DNA of 63,827 nt, counting the filler, from Chiloscyllium plagiosum (taxonomy: Eukaryota): NCBI RefSeq assembly GCF_004010195.1. It is 6 parts of one record of this genome, joined end to end, with 100 filler letters (N's around TTAATTAATTAA, not from the genome) between each part and the next. Parts side by side here need not be neighbours in the genome. Positions count along the whole stretch, not along the records: positions 1 to 18,878 come from NC_057717.1; positions 18,979 to 29,842 come from NC_057717.1; 4 more parts are not named here. One strand, given 5' to 3'. The position numbers and the translations under genes were made by a program. Position 1 is the stretch's first letter; every line of letters begins with the position of its first letter. This document shows, one piece after another, positions 12,600 to 24,065 of the stretch. The notes beneath the pieces are model-generated. The model was given only the letters and a program-made list of their open reading frames with translations. It was not told the origin of the DNA and did not search any database.

Positions 12600-13528
12600 C
12601 TAAAATATATTGTCTTGTCCACGGTTTTTCCACATGATATGATTTATTTTCTTCCATAGAGATTTCCCCACGTTTTTTAGCTCTTCTCTGAATTTGTTCT
12701 GGGTTGCTGCATAAATGCATGGGTTCAGGAAACAACTCAACAACTTCAACATATTTCCTGTTTCAGTCGCGATGTATTCAGGGTTGCTAAAGTCACCTCG
12801 GTAATAGTTAGGGTGTGACAGTCTGGTCATGACCAAACTCACAGAATGTGTCAACCAAAGCAATATGAAACTGCCTGATACCGAGAACAATAAAATTATG
12901 GTATTCCTCCGTTTGTCCATTCTTGAATTACTTTGCCTCTCAGTTCTGTGGCCCTGGAGTCCAATGCGAGTCCTATTCGCCACGACAACACGGTGGATGG
13001 TTAAAGAATTAAACAAGAAAATTAGGAGAAATGGAAGCCAAGCAACCCAGGTGCTGTAGAACCAGACAAACGCCATTCCGGGAGATGAAGCAAAGAAAGT
13101 TCCACTTGACCGGCAGCCCCATTCAATTTGATTAATAATTTGCTCTGGTTCATATGCAAACAAAAGCGGGATGTTCTTTAACATGATCAAGACTGAGATG
13201 GTTATTAATATTGTAATTGCAGTTTTTTCGTTGCAATGTTTTGTCTTAAACTTCTGACAGCAGATCACCACAAATCTGTCAAATGTGAAGGAAACGATGA
13301 ACCAAACAGTTTGATCCAGACCGATGGTTATCATGTATACAATGAGCTTGCACACAGGTGTGTGGGACAAGAAGGAAAATGGGAAGTGATAACTCAAAAT
13401 ACGATACACTATAATACTATTGATAATAACCAATAGATCCGATGTTGCCATGGCCACCATGTAAGATGAGATGCATTTGGAAAGACCACAGTTTCCTCGG
13501 AAGAGAATTAAAATAGTCATCATGTTCG
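12600..13528 (-). CDS. GPR139/GPR142-like orphan class-A GPCR, paralog 2, exon 2 (intact)
   Basis: Acceptor ttctgtttctctgacAG|CG AAC ATG (AG at 13530-13529). Seven hydrophobic segments, TM3 and ECL2 cysteines, FTFDRF, FILLW, NPCIY and helix 8 KFREEL. Stop TAG at 12602-12600. Spliced product 332 aa. Confidence 0.93.
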
Positions 13529-13891
13529 CTGTCAGAGAAACAGAAATGTTCATTAATGTTGCAATGCATGATTGAAACAGGTGAAGGAACTTTTGAACAC
13601 ATTCTGAGTGATTTACAAAATCCAAACTTTACCCAAACATTTAATACACTGATCCAGTCATCAATCAATGTGGTATTGTTAGACTCTCTAAAGATCAGCA
13701 AATATATTTTCAGACGACTCTTATGTTGAATTGTTATTGTTAAACTAGTCCTGCTTCCAGACAAAGAGAATAGGAAAACGTGTCCTGACATGATTCTCGA
13801 TATTGTTCTGGTAACACTGAGACATTCAGTAAGTAACATTAACAAGGAAAAACCTAAAATTAATTAAATACAAACGGGTTGAATGGCTTAC

Positions 13892-13961
13892 CTGGAAGAC
13901 TAACAGCGGCGAGAAGTGGATAGTAAATCTCTTTCAACAGCAAAATCGGTGGTTTCGTCAT
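13892..13961 (-). CDS. GPCR paralog 2, exon 1 (MTKPPILLLKEIYYPLLAAVSLP + G)
   Basis: 70-nt exon, ATG at 13961, donor CCAG|gtaagc. Phase 1, in frame with exon 2. Confidence 0.9.
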
Positions 13962-14659
13962 TTCTGAGAATGAATGTCTTCTGCAGAGGCTGGTCTGTGG
14001 CCAAGGTATGGAAGGCAATGTGTATTTATACATGCATCAGACCTCAAGAGAGTTAATTACCTCAAATCAGCACTAACATTACTCACAATCACCTTGGCAA
14101 TGAAAACAAAGTTTTATTTTGCATAATGTTTCAAATAAAATATGGACTGAACCTGGCACCGTTGAATTCACTTCCTTGCCTTTCTCCATTCATTGGATTC
14201 TGATGTCTTGTGGATTGCCTCATGTCTGAATTTAGATAGTTTTCCTTTGAATGACATAATCTTACCTCATGAATTGGTACCTAAGTTTCTGTCATTAATC
14301 CCTTTATCGATTATACCCTTATCTGACCCATTGCCAATTGTTCCATCCTTAATGCATGTGGCGGCTCATCACAGCATAACCATTCCCCAGTTTCTGAAAT
14401 CGCATACTCAGTCGCGATTAATGGAGAAGTGAATTCTGAACAATTGATTACTCTCTTGGAGGTTCACTCGTTTACACATCCTATTCAATAAAACCAGTAA
14501 TTTTCCTCCTTACCTTTAAGAGTGCCACCAGCAGAGCCAGTAACATATTCTATTCAAGCTGGAAATCAAATAGTTCATGTACGAGCCTTGGTATGAACAC
14601 CGAGCACTGAATGAATCTGGTTGTTTCTCTCACAAAACACAAAGCAGTTTGTACTATTT

Positions 14660-16400
14660 TCAAAGAAGATACTAATGTTTAAGAATAGAGAAGAGGATTC
14701 TAAAACGATCAACGTGTAATACTTTTTGTTAAAAAAATAGGGAACGTGGTCAATTGTTTTTAACCATGAACCGATCAGCTGAACATCTCTGGTTGAAATT
14801 TAAAAAGTAGCCGACTCAACTGTTCAGTAACGAATAGCAGTCCACTTGTAAAATCGCAGATTTCGCTAGCAGAATCGGCATGGCTCCAAAATAGGAAAAC
14901 AGTTTCTGAGAAATTCCTTCAACCTTTTCGAGTAGATCTGAACCATAATCGAAAGAAAGAGAAGCAGTCAAAGCAGAGTGATCAAACGACAAGAAGGCGT
15001 TTCACAAGGAACCGTGCAAAAGGATAAGACACGAGAGTCCATGGTATTAGAGGTTGCACGTCAGCATAGTTTCAGAATTTAGCATTTGGCAGGAAATAGC
15101 AAATACTGTTCAGGAGTTACGTTTACAAATGACGATCTGAATCGTTGGGGGTTCAACAAGGGTCAGTCCTGGTACCACAAATGTTTTATGACCTTTATTA
15201 ATGATTTGCAGGAAAGAAGGAAATGCACCTTTTTGCCAAATTTTCAGACAACACAACCACAGATGACAAGGTAAATCCAAAAAGGTGTACAACCAATCGA
15301 CGGTGAGGTGCTGATCGATTAAGTAAGTGGGAAAAGAAAATGCTCAACGTAATAAAACGCGAAAGCAATGAGAGGTTCTTCATGTTGAAAGGGAGAGGAA
15401 GAAAACGCAACATTATTTCAATGAAAATAACGGAAAAAGGCTGCAGCACATAAATGCTTGAGAGAACTTCTGCATGAAACAGAGAAACGCATAGAGAGGT
15501 GTAAGGGGTAATCCGGAAAACTAATTGAATTTTTGCCCAAATTTCAAAGGGTTTGGATTAAAAGAATGCGTAATAGTTATTGCAAAGTGTTGGTGAGATC
15601 ACATCCGGAGTACTTTGAACAGTTTCCGTCTCCTTATTTAAGAAAATATATGACTTCATTCAAGCCAGTTCACGAAATTACAAACACTCAAACCCAGAGT
15701 GTGAATTTTCCGTATGTGTAAAAGCTAAACTAGTTCGTAATCTACTCCTAGATATTTAGAATTATGAGAAGTGAAGTCACCGAAATATGTAGAATTCTGA
15801 AGGGAGTTGACCAACTAAATGCTGAGAACAGGTTTCCCTTCATCGGAGAATCGAGAATCAAATGATACTGGATCAGAATAAGGCAATTCAATTTGAGACT
15901 CAGAGAAGATGCAAGTTTATCTTAGATTAGATTACTTACAGCGTGGGACCAGACCCTTCGGCCCAACAAGTCCACACCGACCCGCCTAACATTACGGGCA
16001 ATTTCGCATAACCGATTCACCTGACCTGCACATCTTTGGACTGTGGGAGGAAACCGGAGCACCCGGAGGAAACCCACGCACACACGGGGAGAATGTGCAA
16101 ACTCCACACAGTCAGTCGCCTGAGGAGAGAATCGAACCCGGGAGTCTGGCGCTGTGAGGCAGCAGTACTAACCACTGTGCCACCGTGCCGCCCAAAGGAT
16201 TATGGCTCTGGACCCCTTGCCGCAGACAGCTGTGGGTCAGAACCCACAGCTGAGATAGATATATTCTAATCACGAAGGGAATCATTCATTGTAGGGAAGA
16301 CGCAGGAATGGAACAACATTGGTTCGATCATGTTCCTGTTGCATGTCAGAGTCGGCTTTAGAAACAGCATCGTATATTCTAGTTTATATTTCCTGCAAAC
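14660..16400 (+). mobile_element. Old decayed CR1 LINE (duplicate of 2590-4570)
   Basis: Collinear with 2590-4570 (e.g. KVLVRSHPEYFEQFPSPYLRK). Lacks the ~2612-3135 segment and carries an extra SINE. Confidence 0.75.
15922..16193 (-). mobile_element. HE1-type tRNA-derived SINE
   Basis: - strand starts gggcggcacggtggcacagtggttag (A box) ... cccgggttcgattc (B box). Core gtgtggagtttgcacattctcccc, CR1-like 3' end and (tctaa)n tail. Confidence 0.88.
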
Positions 16401-16564
16401 CTATGGACTTAGTATGTACGAATTATCAGCTCAAACCGTTGTAGCAAATATTTGGTTGCTGTGCCGATTGCCAGACAGAGAATTATTTTGCTGTTTTTGC
16501 AGCATGAACTGGTCAACTATTGCCTTCATGATCCTGTTCGCAATTACTAAGAGATTACTGGATG

Positions 16565-17575
16565 TAACTTTGCTCGCTTTGTTCGTTTTTAAACGTTTCA
16601 TCACCATACGAGGTAACATCATCAGTGAGCCTCTAGTGAAGCACTGGCATTATGGCCCGCATTCTACTTTTGTGCTTGGGTTTCCGTGGGCAGGTAATGT
16701 CATTTCCTGTGGTGATGTCATTTCCTATGCTTTTTCTCAGAAAATGTTCTAATGCAACTTCGCTTGGATGTTGGGATGATTGCTCTTGTAGTTCTGTATT
16801 TGTTCCATGTGTGTTGTTTTCCTTTAGACCTTGGTTTGAAGCTCTCTATTGACTGTTCATTCTACTGTGACATCAAGGAATGGCACATTATTGTGGTTTT
16901 CTTCCACTATTTCTTCTTCTCCCACAAACGAAGCTGCATTGGAACATTACTTTAACGAACCGCCACACACTGCAGCACAGACGATCGATGAAGATTAAAA
17001 GAAAACCACATATACAGCGCGTATAAAAAAGTGATTAGCCAATGAACACTGTCCATCAATTTCTCAGTAAAAAAAAACAAAGCAGCAGACTAAAACCCTC
17101 CCAGAAACCTTAGCCACTCTCACTTTCATCATAAACATCCCAGGAACGACTGCCAGACTACTCAAACCTCTTGGTCTTATGGTAGCCCACAAACGCCCCA
17201 CCACCCCCTAACACACTAAAATGAACTTGAAACACGCGGTGCAGACAATAAGCAAGACGTACGTCATTTACAAAGTACTAATTTGGACAAACAGGCAGAA
17301 AACTAGCCTCCAGGATACATGAACATCAACTTGCCACGAAAAGACATGACCCATATCACTAGTATCCTTACATACAGATGAGGAATGTCACCACATCGAC
17401 TCTGACAACATATCCATTCTTGGACAAGCCAAAATGAGACACTCACGAGATTCCTAGAAGCATGGCATTCCAACACGAACTCTATCAACAAAAACATCAA
17501 TTTCTATTCAAATATCATCCTCTGAGAAAAAGAACAGGAAATGATATCCCCAACACAAGCAATGGCATCACAAGC
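16565..17575. mobile_element. Penelope-like remnant (duplicate of 4745-5780)
   Basis: Same layout of inverted pLTR plus GIY-YIG part. HHR core CTGATGA-TGTTACC-TCGTAT-GGTGAT-GAAA-CGTT on the - strand at 16592-16628. Confidence 0.78.
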
Positions 17576-17805
17576 ATGGAACAAATCAACTTCTCTTATT
17601 TTCCGTCGATAATCATTATATCGTCAGTCAGATCTTTGGCCAAACTGAGTCTGTATGGTGGTTTTCTGCTCTACAGTTTGAGCAGTCTACACTTTTAGGG
17701 GTTCAATGTTCAGTTTCAAACATCGATGCTTAGACAACGTTTACAAGTCAGATAGCCTGAAACTGGAATAATCGACCAGTGATTTTTCATTCCTTTAATT
17801 GAAAA

Positions 17806-18305
17806 NNNNNNNNNNNNNNNNNNNNNNNNNNNNNNNNNNNNNNNNNNNNNNNNNNNNNNNNNNNNNNNNNNNNNNNNNNNNNNNNNNNNNNNNNNNNNNN
17901 NNNNNNNNNNNNNNNNNNNNNNNNNNNNNNNNNNNNNNNNNNNNNNNNNNNNNNNNNNNNNNNNNNNNNNNNNNNNNNNNNNNNNNNNNNNNNNNNNNNN
18001 NNNNNNNNNNNNNNNNNNNNNNNNNNNNNNNNNNNNNNNNNNNNNNNNNNNNNNNNNNNNNNNNNNNNNNNNNNNNNNNNNNNNNNNNNNNNNNNNNNNN
18101 NNNNNNNNNNNNNNNNNNNNNNNNNNNNNNNNNNNNNNNNNNNNNNNNNNNNNNNNNNNNNNNNNNNNNNNNNNNNNNNNNNNNNNNNNNNNNNNNNNNN
18201 NNNNNNNNNNNNNNNNNNNNNNNNNNNNNNNNNNNNNNNNNNNNNNNNNNNNNNNNNNNNNNNNNNNNNNNNNNNNNNNNNNNNNNNNNNNNNNNNNNNN
18301 NNNNN
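17806..18305. other. Assembly gap (500 N); similar gaps at 45511-46016 and 50361-50860
   Basis: N runs of about 500, typical of scaffolding joins. Confidence 0.99.
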
Positions 18306-18679
18306 AAGCCATTCAACCCGTTTGTATTTAATTGATTTTCGGTTTTTCCTTGTTAATGGTACTTACTGAATATCTCAGTGTTACCAGAACAACATCGAGA
18401 ATCATGTCAGGACACTTTTTCCTATTCCCTTTTTCTGGAAGCAGTACTGGTTTAACAATAACAATTCAACATAAGAGTCCTCTGAAAATATATTTGCTGA
18501 TCTTATGAGAGTCAGACAATACCACATTGACTGATGACTGGATCAGTGTATTAAATGTTTGAGTGAATTTTGGATTTTGTAAATCACTCAGAATGTGTTC
18601 AAAAGCTTTTAATAAGTCCCTTCACCTCTGTTTCAACAATGCATTGCAACATTAACGAACATTTCTGTTTCTCTGACAG

Positions 18680-18878
18680 CGAACGTGATGACTATTTTAA
18701 TTCTTTTCCGAGGAAACTGTGGTCTTTCCAAATGCATCTCGGCTTACATGGTGGCCATGGCAACATCGGATCTATTGGTTATTATCAATAGTATTATAGT
18801 GTATCGTATTTTGAATTATCACTTCCCATTTTCCTTCTTGTCCCACACACCTGTGTGCAAGCTCATTATATACATGAT
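18680..18878 (+). CDS. GPR139-like GPCR paralog 3, partial exon 2 (TM1-TM3), cut by gap
   Basis: Acceptor ttctgtttctctgacAG|CGAACGTG. Reads NVMTILILFRGNCGLSKCISAYMVAMATSDLLV...CKLIIYM. The intron runs from 18306 (aagccattc, i.e. just after the GT donor), so exon 1 should lie in the gap. Confidence 0.85.
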
Positions 18879-18922
18879 NNNNNNNNNNNNNNNNNNNNNN
18901 NNNNNNNNNNNNNNNNNNNNNN

Positions 18923-18934
18923 TTAATTAATTAA
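18923..18934. other. Artificial stop-codon linker inside a 100-bp gap (also 29887-29898, 40449-40460, 59518-59529, 62678-62689)
   Basis: 44 N + TTAATTAATTAA + 44 N, with the same linker at five places. Confidence 0.97.
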
Positions 18935-18978
18935 NNNNNNNNNNNNNNNNNNNNNNNNNNNNNNNNNNNNNNNNNNNN

Positions 18979-19265
18979 CGCTCTTTTTGTGAGAGAAAAA
19001 AAAAACACCGCTGCCCGCTACCGGTAAGTAATTTTAAAACAAACTGTCTTACCTTAGCTGCTGCTCGCATTGAAAGTGACCGTTGGCGTCGAAGGGTGAG
19101 TATTTCTACTCACTGCTTTCCTTCCCGGCTGCCCCTCTGGTCTTCGTCACTTCCCCCTGCTGCTCCCGCTCTTTCTGAGAAGAGAAAAAAAAACACCGCT
19201 GCCCACTAACGGTAAGTAATTTTAAAACAAACTGTCTTACCTTAGCTGCTGCTCGCACTCAAAGT
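18979..19265. repeat. ~188-bp direct repeat (about 1.5 visible units)
   Basis: cgctcttt..gagaaaaaaaacaccgctgccc.cta.cggtaagtaattttaaaacaaactgtcttaccttagctgctgctcgca at 18979 and 19167. Confidence 0.88.
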
Positions 19266-19289
19266 CAGCATCAGAAAATGGGTCGTTTC

Positions 19290-19950
19290 TGGGAGAACAG
19301 ATGAGGAATGGGCTCACAGTTTCTTGCTAGAGTAACAGCGTGACGATTGGTTAAGAGCTTGTTCCTCAGGGAAGAGAATTTCGATTGGTTCATAGGCCGT
19401 TGCCAGGAGTCGAGGGTGGGAATAGGTTCACAGACCTTGACTTGGGGAAAAAAGCGTGGATGGGATCAAGTGCTGCTGTTCGGAGAACAGAGTGAGGATG
19501 GGTTCACAAGCAGCTACCGTGACACACAGAGTGGCAATAGGTGTAGAAGCCGTTCTAGCACAACAGATTGATGTTGGATTCACAGGCAGTTGCTAGGAAA
19601 ACAGAGTGCGGGATTGCTCTGGATATCGCTCACAGAACAGAGTGGGGTGGCGTCACAGACATCGTCACTTGTGCGTGGTGCCATGTTTTTCGAGTGGAAC
19701 AGAGTGGGCAAGGTGTGACAGGATGTTACTCGAAGATTAGCGTTGGAATTTGTTAACAGGCCATTGCTTGCTTAATAGGATGATAATCGGTACATGCACT
19801 GTTGCGGGGGAATAGAGTGGGCATGGGTAAATTAGCCATTGCTCGGGAAATTTAGTGGGGCTGGACGCACAGGCTTTTACTAAGGTAACAGAACCGGGGT
19901 ACGTTCACAGTACATTGTAAGGAGTACAGCGAGGGGGTGAGTTCACAGTT
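19290..19950. repeat. Highly diverged 38-bp minisatellite
   Basis: Consensus about GGAGAACAGAGTGGGGATGGGTTCACAGGCCGTTGCTA. AACAG anchors at 19296, 19334, 19486, 19562 and 19600 are separated by multiples of 38. Confidence 0.8.
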
Positions 19951-20457
19951 TGTTGGGTGTGGGTTTAGGATTCTGTCAGAATTTTTTCCCTGTCAATTTT
20001 ACGATATGTTCGTCTGAAAATCACTTGCAAAAACATAAGACAAGGTTGTCTGCAAGAGCTCTGTTGCACATGGGATTCCCGCAGAATATTTGAGTCTTGA
20101 AGATCTCAGCATTTGTCGGTCCTCACATAGTGTGCGACCTGCTGAATTCTTAAAGAGTTTTTTGTTTACCTTACGGGGTTTGCAACCTGTTCCCTCTTCA
20201 CTCTCTCTTCCATTGATTCTAATTCCACGTAAAGATTTTGAAGTTTGCAACCACTGTCTATGTGTTTGTATAAAGCATAGTTATGAGACTAGCTTTCCTT
20301 TTATGTCTGCCTGTCCACAACATGATCTCTGCTGGATTATTGATATCCATCGTTGATGACCTTGTTGCTCTGGCTACCTGATGGTTATATGTAATCATTT
20401 GCCTCTGTGTCCCTCGCTATTTGGTGCAAATGCTTTGCAATTTATGTAACAAAAACT

Positions 20458-20743
20458 ACGGTTGCGCAGTGGTTATCTCTGCTACCTCTCAGCATCAGGG
20501 AACTTGGTCGAAAACCAGCATCTGGCGACTGTCTGTGTGGAGTTTGCGCATTGTCCCCGTGTCTGCATGGGTTTGCTCCGGATTCCTCCCACAATCCAAA
20601 GATTTGTAGATTAGGGTAAATTTCCCAGAGTGTTAGGTGATTTAGTCAGAGGGAAACATGTCTTTTTGGATTACTCTTCGGAGGATTGTTGTGGATGTAT
20701 TGGGCCGAAGGCCCTGTTTCCACACTGTCAGGAATCTAATCTA
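20458..20743 (+). mobile_element. HE1-type SINE, decayed
   Basis: acggttgcgcagtggtta head, gactgtctgtgtggagtttgc core, and gggccgaaggccctgtttccacactgt...atctaatcta tail. Confidence 0.8.
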
Positions 20744-20969
20744 CTGAAATCTGTGCATTCATTCTCAGTTTGTTCTCGAAGGAACGGTCTCTGCACTCAT
20801 CCTCATTCTGTTCTCCGAGCAACTGCCTGAAAACCCACAGGTTATTCAAATATCTATTACATTGCAGTTTCTAATATATGAGTAACCTTTTCTCGGAGCA
20901 CGCTGTACTGCCTCCGTAGCTCAGTAAATAGATGGTGGAGAAACACAGACGGGAGAAAGAAAAAAACAT

Positions 20970-22113
20970 AGGAAACTGATGAGCACGGTTAGATCTCATG
21001 GAATGCAGGGAGATCGAGCCATATGGATACAGAACTTGTTCAAAGGTAGAAGACAGAGGGTGGTGGTGGAGGGTTGTTTTTCAGACTGGAGGCCTGTGAC
21101 CAGTGGAGTACCACAAGGATCGGTGCTGGGCCCTCTACATTTTGTCATTTACATAAATGATTTGGAAGCGAGCATAAGAGGTACAGTTGGTAAGTTTGTA
21201 GATGACACCGAAATTGGAGGTGTAGTGGACAGCGAAGAGAGTTACCTCAGATTACAACAGGATATTGACCAGATGGGCCAATGGGCTGAGAAGTGGCAGA
21301 TGGAGTTTAATTAAAATAAATGCGAAGTGCTGCATTTTGGGAAAGCAAATCTTTGCAGGATTTATGCACTTAATGGTAAGGTCCTAGGGAGTGTTGCTGA
21401 ACAAAGAGATCTTGGAGTTCAAGTTCATAGCTCCTTGAAAGTGGATTCGCAGGTAGATAGGATACTGAAGAAGGCGTTTGGTATGCTTTCCTTTATTGGT
21501 CAGAGTATTGAGTACAGGAGTTGGGAGGTTATGTTGAGGCTGTACAAGACATTGGTTTGGCCACTGTTGCAATATTGCGTGCAATTCTGGTCTCCTTCCT
21601 ATCGGAAAGATGTTGTGAAACTTTAAAAGGTTCAGAAAATATTTACAAGAATGTTGCCAGGGTTCGGGGATCTGAGCGACAGGAAGAGGCTGAACTCTCT
21701 GGGGCTGTTTTCCCTGGAGCGTCGGAGGCTGAGGGGTGACTTTATAGAGGTTTAAAAAATTATGAGGGGCATGGATAGGATAAATAGGCAAAGTCTTTTC
21801 CCTCGGGTCGGGGAGTCCATAACTAGAGGGCATAGGTTTATGGTGAGAGGAGAAAGATATAAAAGAGACCTAATGGGCAACTTTTTCACGCAGAGGGTGG
21901 TACGTGTATGGAATGAGCTGCCAGAGGAAGTGGTGGAGGCTGGTACAATTGCAACATACAAGAGGCATTTGGATGGGTATATGAATATGAAGGCTTTGGA
22001 GGGATATGGACCGGATGCTGGCAGGTGGGACTAGATTGAGTTGGGATATCTGGTTGGCATGGACGGGTTGGACCGAAGGGTATGTTTCCATGCGTTCATC
22101 TCTGTGACTCTAA
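20970..22113 (+). mobile_element. CR1 LINE 3' half
   Basis: RRQRVVVEGCFSDWRPVTSGVPQGSVLGPL, FVDDTEIGG and NFFTQRVVRVWNELP. Tail ends tgactcta. Confidence 0.95.
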
Positions 22114-22239
22114 GTCCACACTGACGTTCAACGAGTAATCCGTCCAGCTCTTTCATATACATAATTACTCAACATTTACACATGTTAATACCCATAACAT
22201 ACCCGCAGGGGCCAGTAGGGCGCAAAGAGTCTTGGACTG

Positions 22240-23480
22240 TGGGGAGTTGTGGGAGTAGGAATTCAACATGCCTCACAAAACTTATTGAATTCCATGACGA
22301 TGTGACAAAACACATAAATGAAGGTAGAGCATTAGATGTATTGTACATGGCTTTCAACAAGGCTTTTGGTGTATTTTGCCGTGGTATGTGAATTCAGAAA
22401 GTAAGGAGTCATGGGAAGCAGGGAAACCTTGCTATCTGCAGACAGAATTGCCTGGTCCATAGAAGACAGAGGGTGATAGTGGAACCTAATATTAGCGGTG
22501 TTCTGCAAGGATCTATTATGGGACCTGAAGACATTATGATTTTTATGAATGATTTGGATGAGGAAGTGGAAGTTTGCGTTAGTTGGTTTGCCCATGACAA
22601 GAAGCTTGGTGGTATCGTGGATAGTGTTGGTGAAGGTTGCAATGCGACATTGACAGGATGCAGAACTGGACTCATAAGTGGGAGATGGAGTTCAACTGGT
22701 TTAAAGTTAAAAGTGTACTATTATAAAAGATTGAATTCGAATACAGAATGCAGTTTTAAAGGCTGGATTCTTGGCAGTGTGGAGCAACATAGGGATCATT
22801 GGGCCTACATACACAGCTCGGTCAATGTTGTCAACTAAGATGATAGGGTTTTTCAGAGGACGCCTGGTGTGTTGACTTTCATTAAATGGGTGTTGAGTGT
22901 AAGAGCTGAGAGATTATGCTGCTGCACTTCAAAGCCCTGGTGAGACCATGCTTGGACTATTGTGTTCAATTCTGCTTGCATCAATATAGGAAGAATGGGG
23001 AATCTTCAGAAAGGGTGCAGAGGAGATTTGCCAGTATGAAAACTGGACTGGAAGGCAAATCTTCTGAAGAAAGTGTATGGGATCTAAGGCTTTCCTCATT
23101 GCACCATAGATGGATGAGAGGCGACTTGATTGAGGTATACAAGATGATGAGCGACTGAAACAGAGTGGATAGCCAGATCCTTTTTTTTTCCCAGGGCAGA
23201 AATGTCTATTACGAACGGGCATAATTTTAAAGTAATTGGAGGAACACTGAGGGCGAGGCCAGAGGTAGGTTGTTTGGAGAGTGAGTGTTGGGTGCGTGGA
23301 ATGCAACGGCAGTGGTGGCAGTCGAGACAGACACATTCGGGGCATTTCAGCGACTCTTGTTTCGGCACATGGTGGATAGTAAAATGAAGGATATGTCGGT
23401 TAGTTTTATCTTATAGTCGGATAACAGGTCGGCACACATTAAGGACCGAGTGGCTTGCACTTTGCTTTACTGTATTCTGA
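22240..23480 (+). mobile_element. CR1 LINE, decayed
   Basis: CLTKLIEF..ALDVLYMAFNKAF, GVLQGSIMGP and [25 protein letters not shown]. Confidence 0.88.
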
Positions 23481-24022
23481 CCGCTACCATCTGCATTCCA
23501 ACGACGACAGGTCACAGTGGGGGCCATAGATGCACAGTGCGATCCTAGAGGGCAACTCCTTCCTGCGCTATGATTTGTTCAAACTTTACTTTATATCCGA
23601 CAAGAGGTTGTGGATTTAATTGGGACTTTTGTTTACAGAATATCACTTCCTCTCTTCAAGGATTTTTTGTTGCAACTGTCACATTCTCGAAGGGAGTGAT
23701 TGGAATTGGGCCGTGATAAGATATTGCACACACCCGTTCTCTTCCCCAAACCCTTGACCAGCTGCTGTCTCCACTTCAGAGCCCAGCTACCAAGACACAA
23801 TTTATTCCTCGATCGCTCTCTCATTCCAAAAAACACTCTCTGTATTTGTCTACATCCTTTGTGTTTTGTAACCGCTTTGACCAACACACAATAATCTTCT
23901 GCTGCCAAATAATCCCATCCCTCCCACGTCAAACAACCACGAGTCACATTGCTGTCTGTGGGACGGTTTTATTGTTTAAAAAACCAATAAAATACAGCTG
24001 GGGAGGGTTCAACTGAGGGGGC

Positions 24023-24031
24023 AGAGAAAGA

Positions 24032-24064
<33 letters not shown>
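24023..24064. repeat. (GA)n microsatellite
   Basis: Directly visible. Confidence 0.95.

Positions 24065-24065
<1 letters not shown>

Noticed and set aside
13529..13625. N-terminal extension of the 341-aa ORF 12600..13625 (MDFVNHSEC...)
   Set aside because: Intronic. It starts at TTG, is out of frame in paralogs 1 and 3, and a conserved 70-nt exon 1 with canonical splice sites explains TM1.
16120..16193. tRNA gene (A/B boxes; also ~38465-38538)
   Set aside because: It is the tRNA-derived head of a SINE and continues into SINE core and tail.
17716..18335. Long X-filled ORFs here and at 45226-46270 and 50201-50983
   Set aside because: Artefacts of N gaps.
18923..18934. Recurrent palindrome TTAATTAATTAA as a biological motif
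   Set aside because: Always centred in a 100-bp N gap, so it is a synthetic linker.
19290..19950. CRISPR-like array
   Set aside because: Head-to-tail degenerate units with no repeat/spacer alternation, no cas genes, and a vertebrate context.
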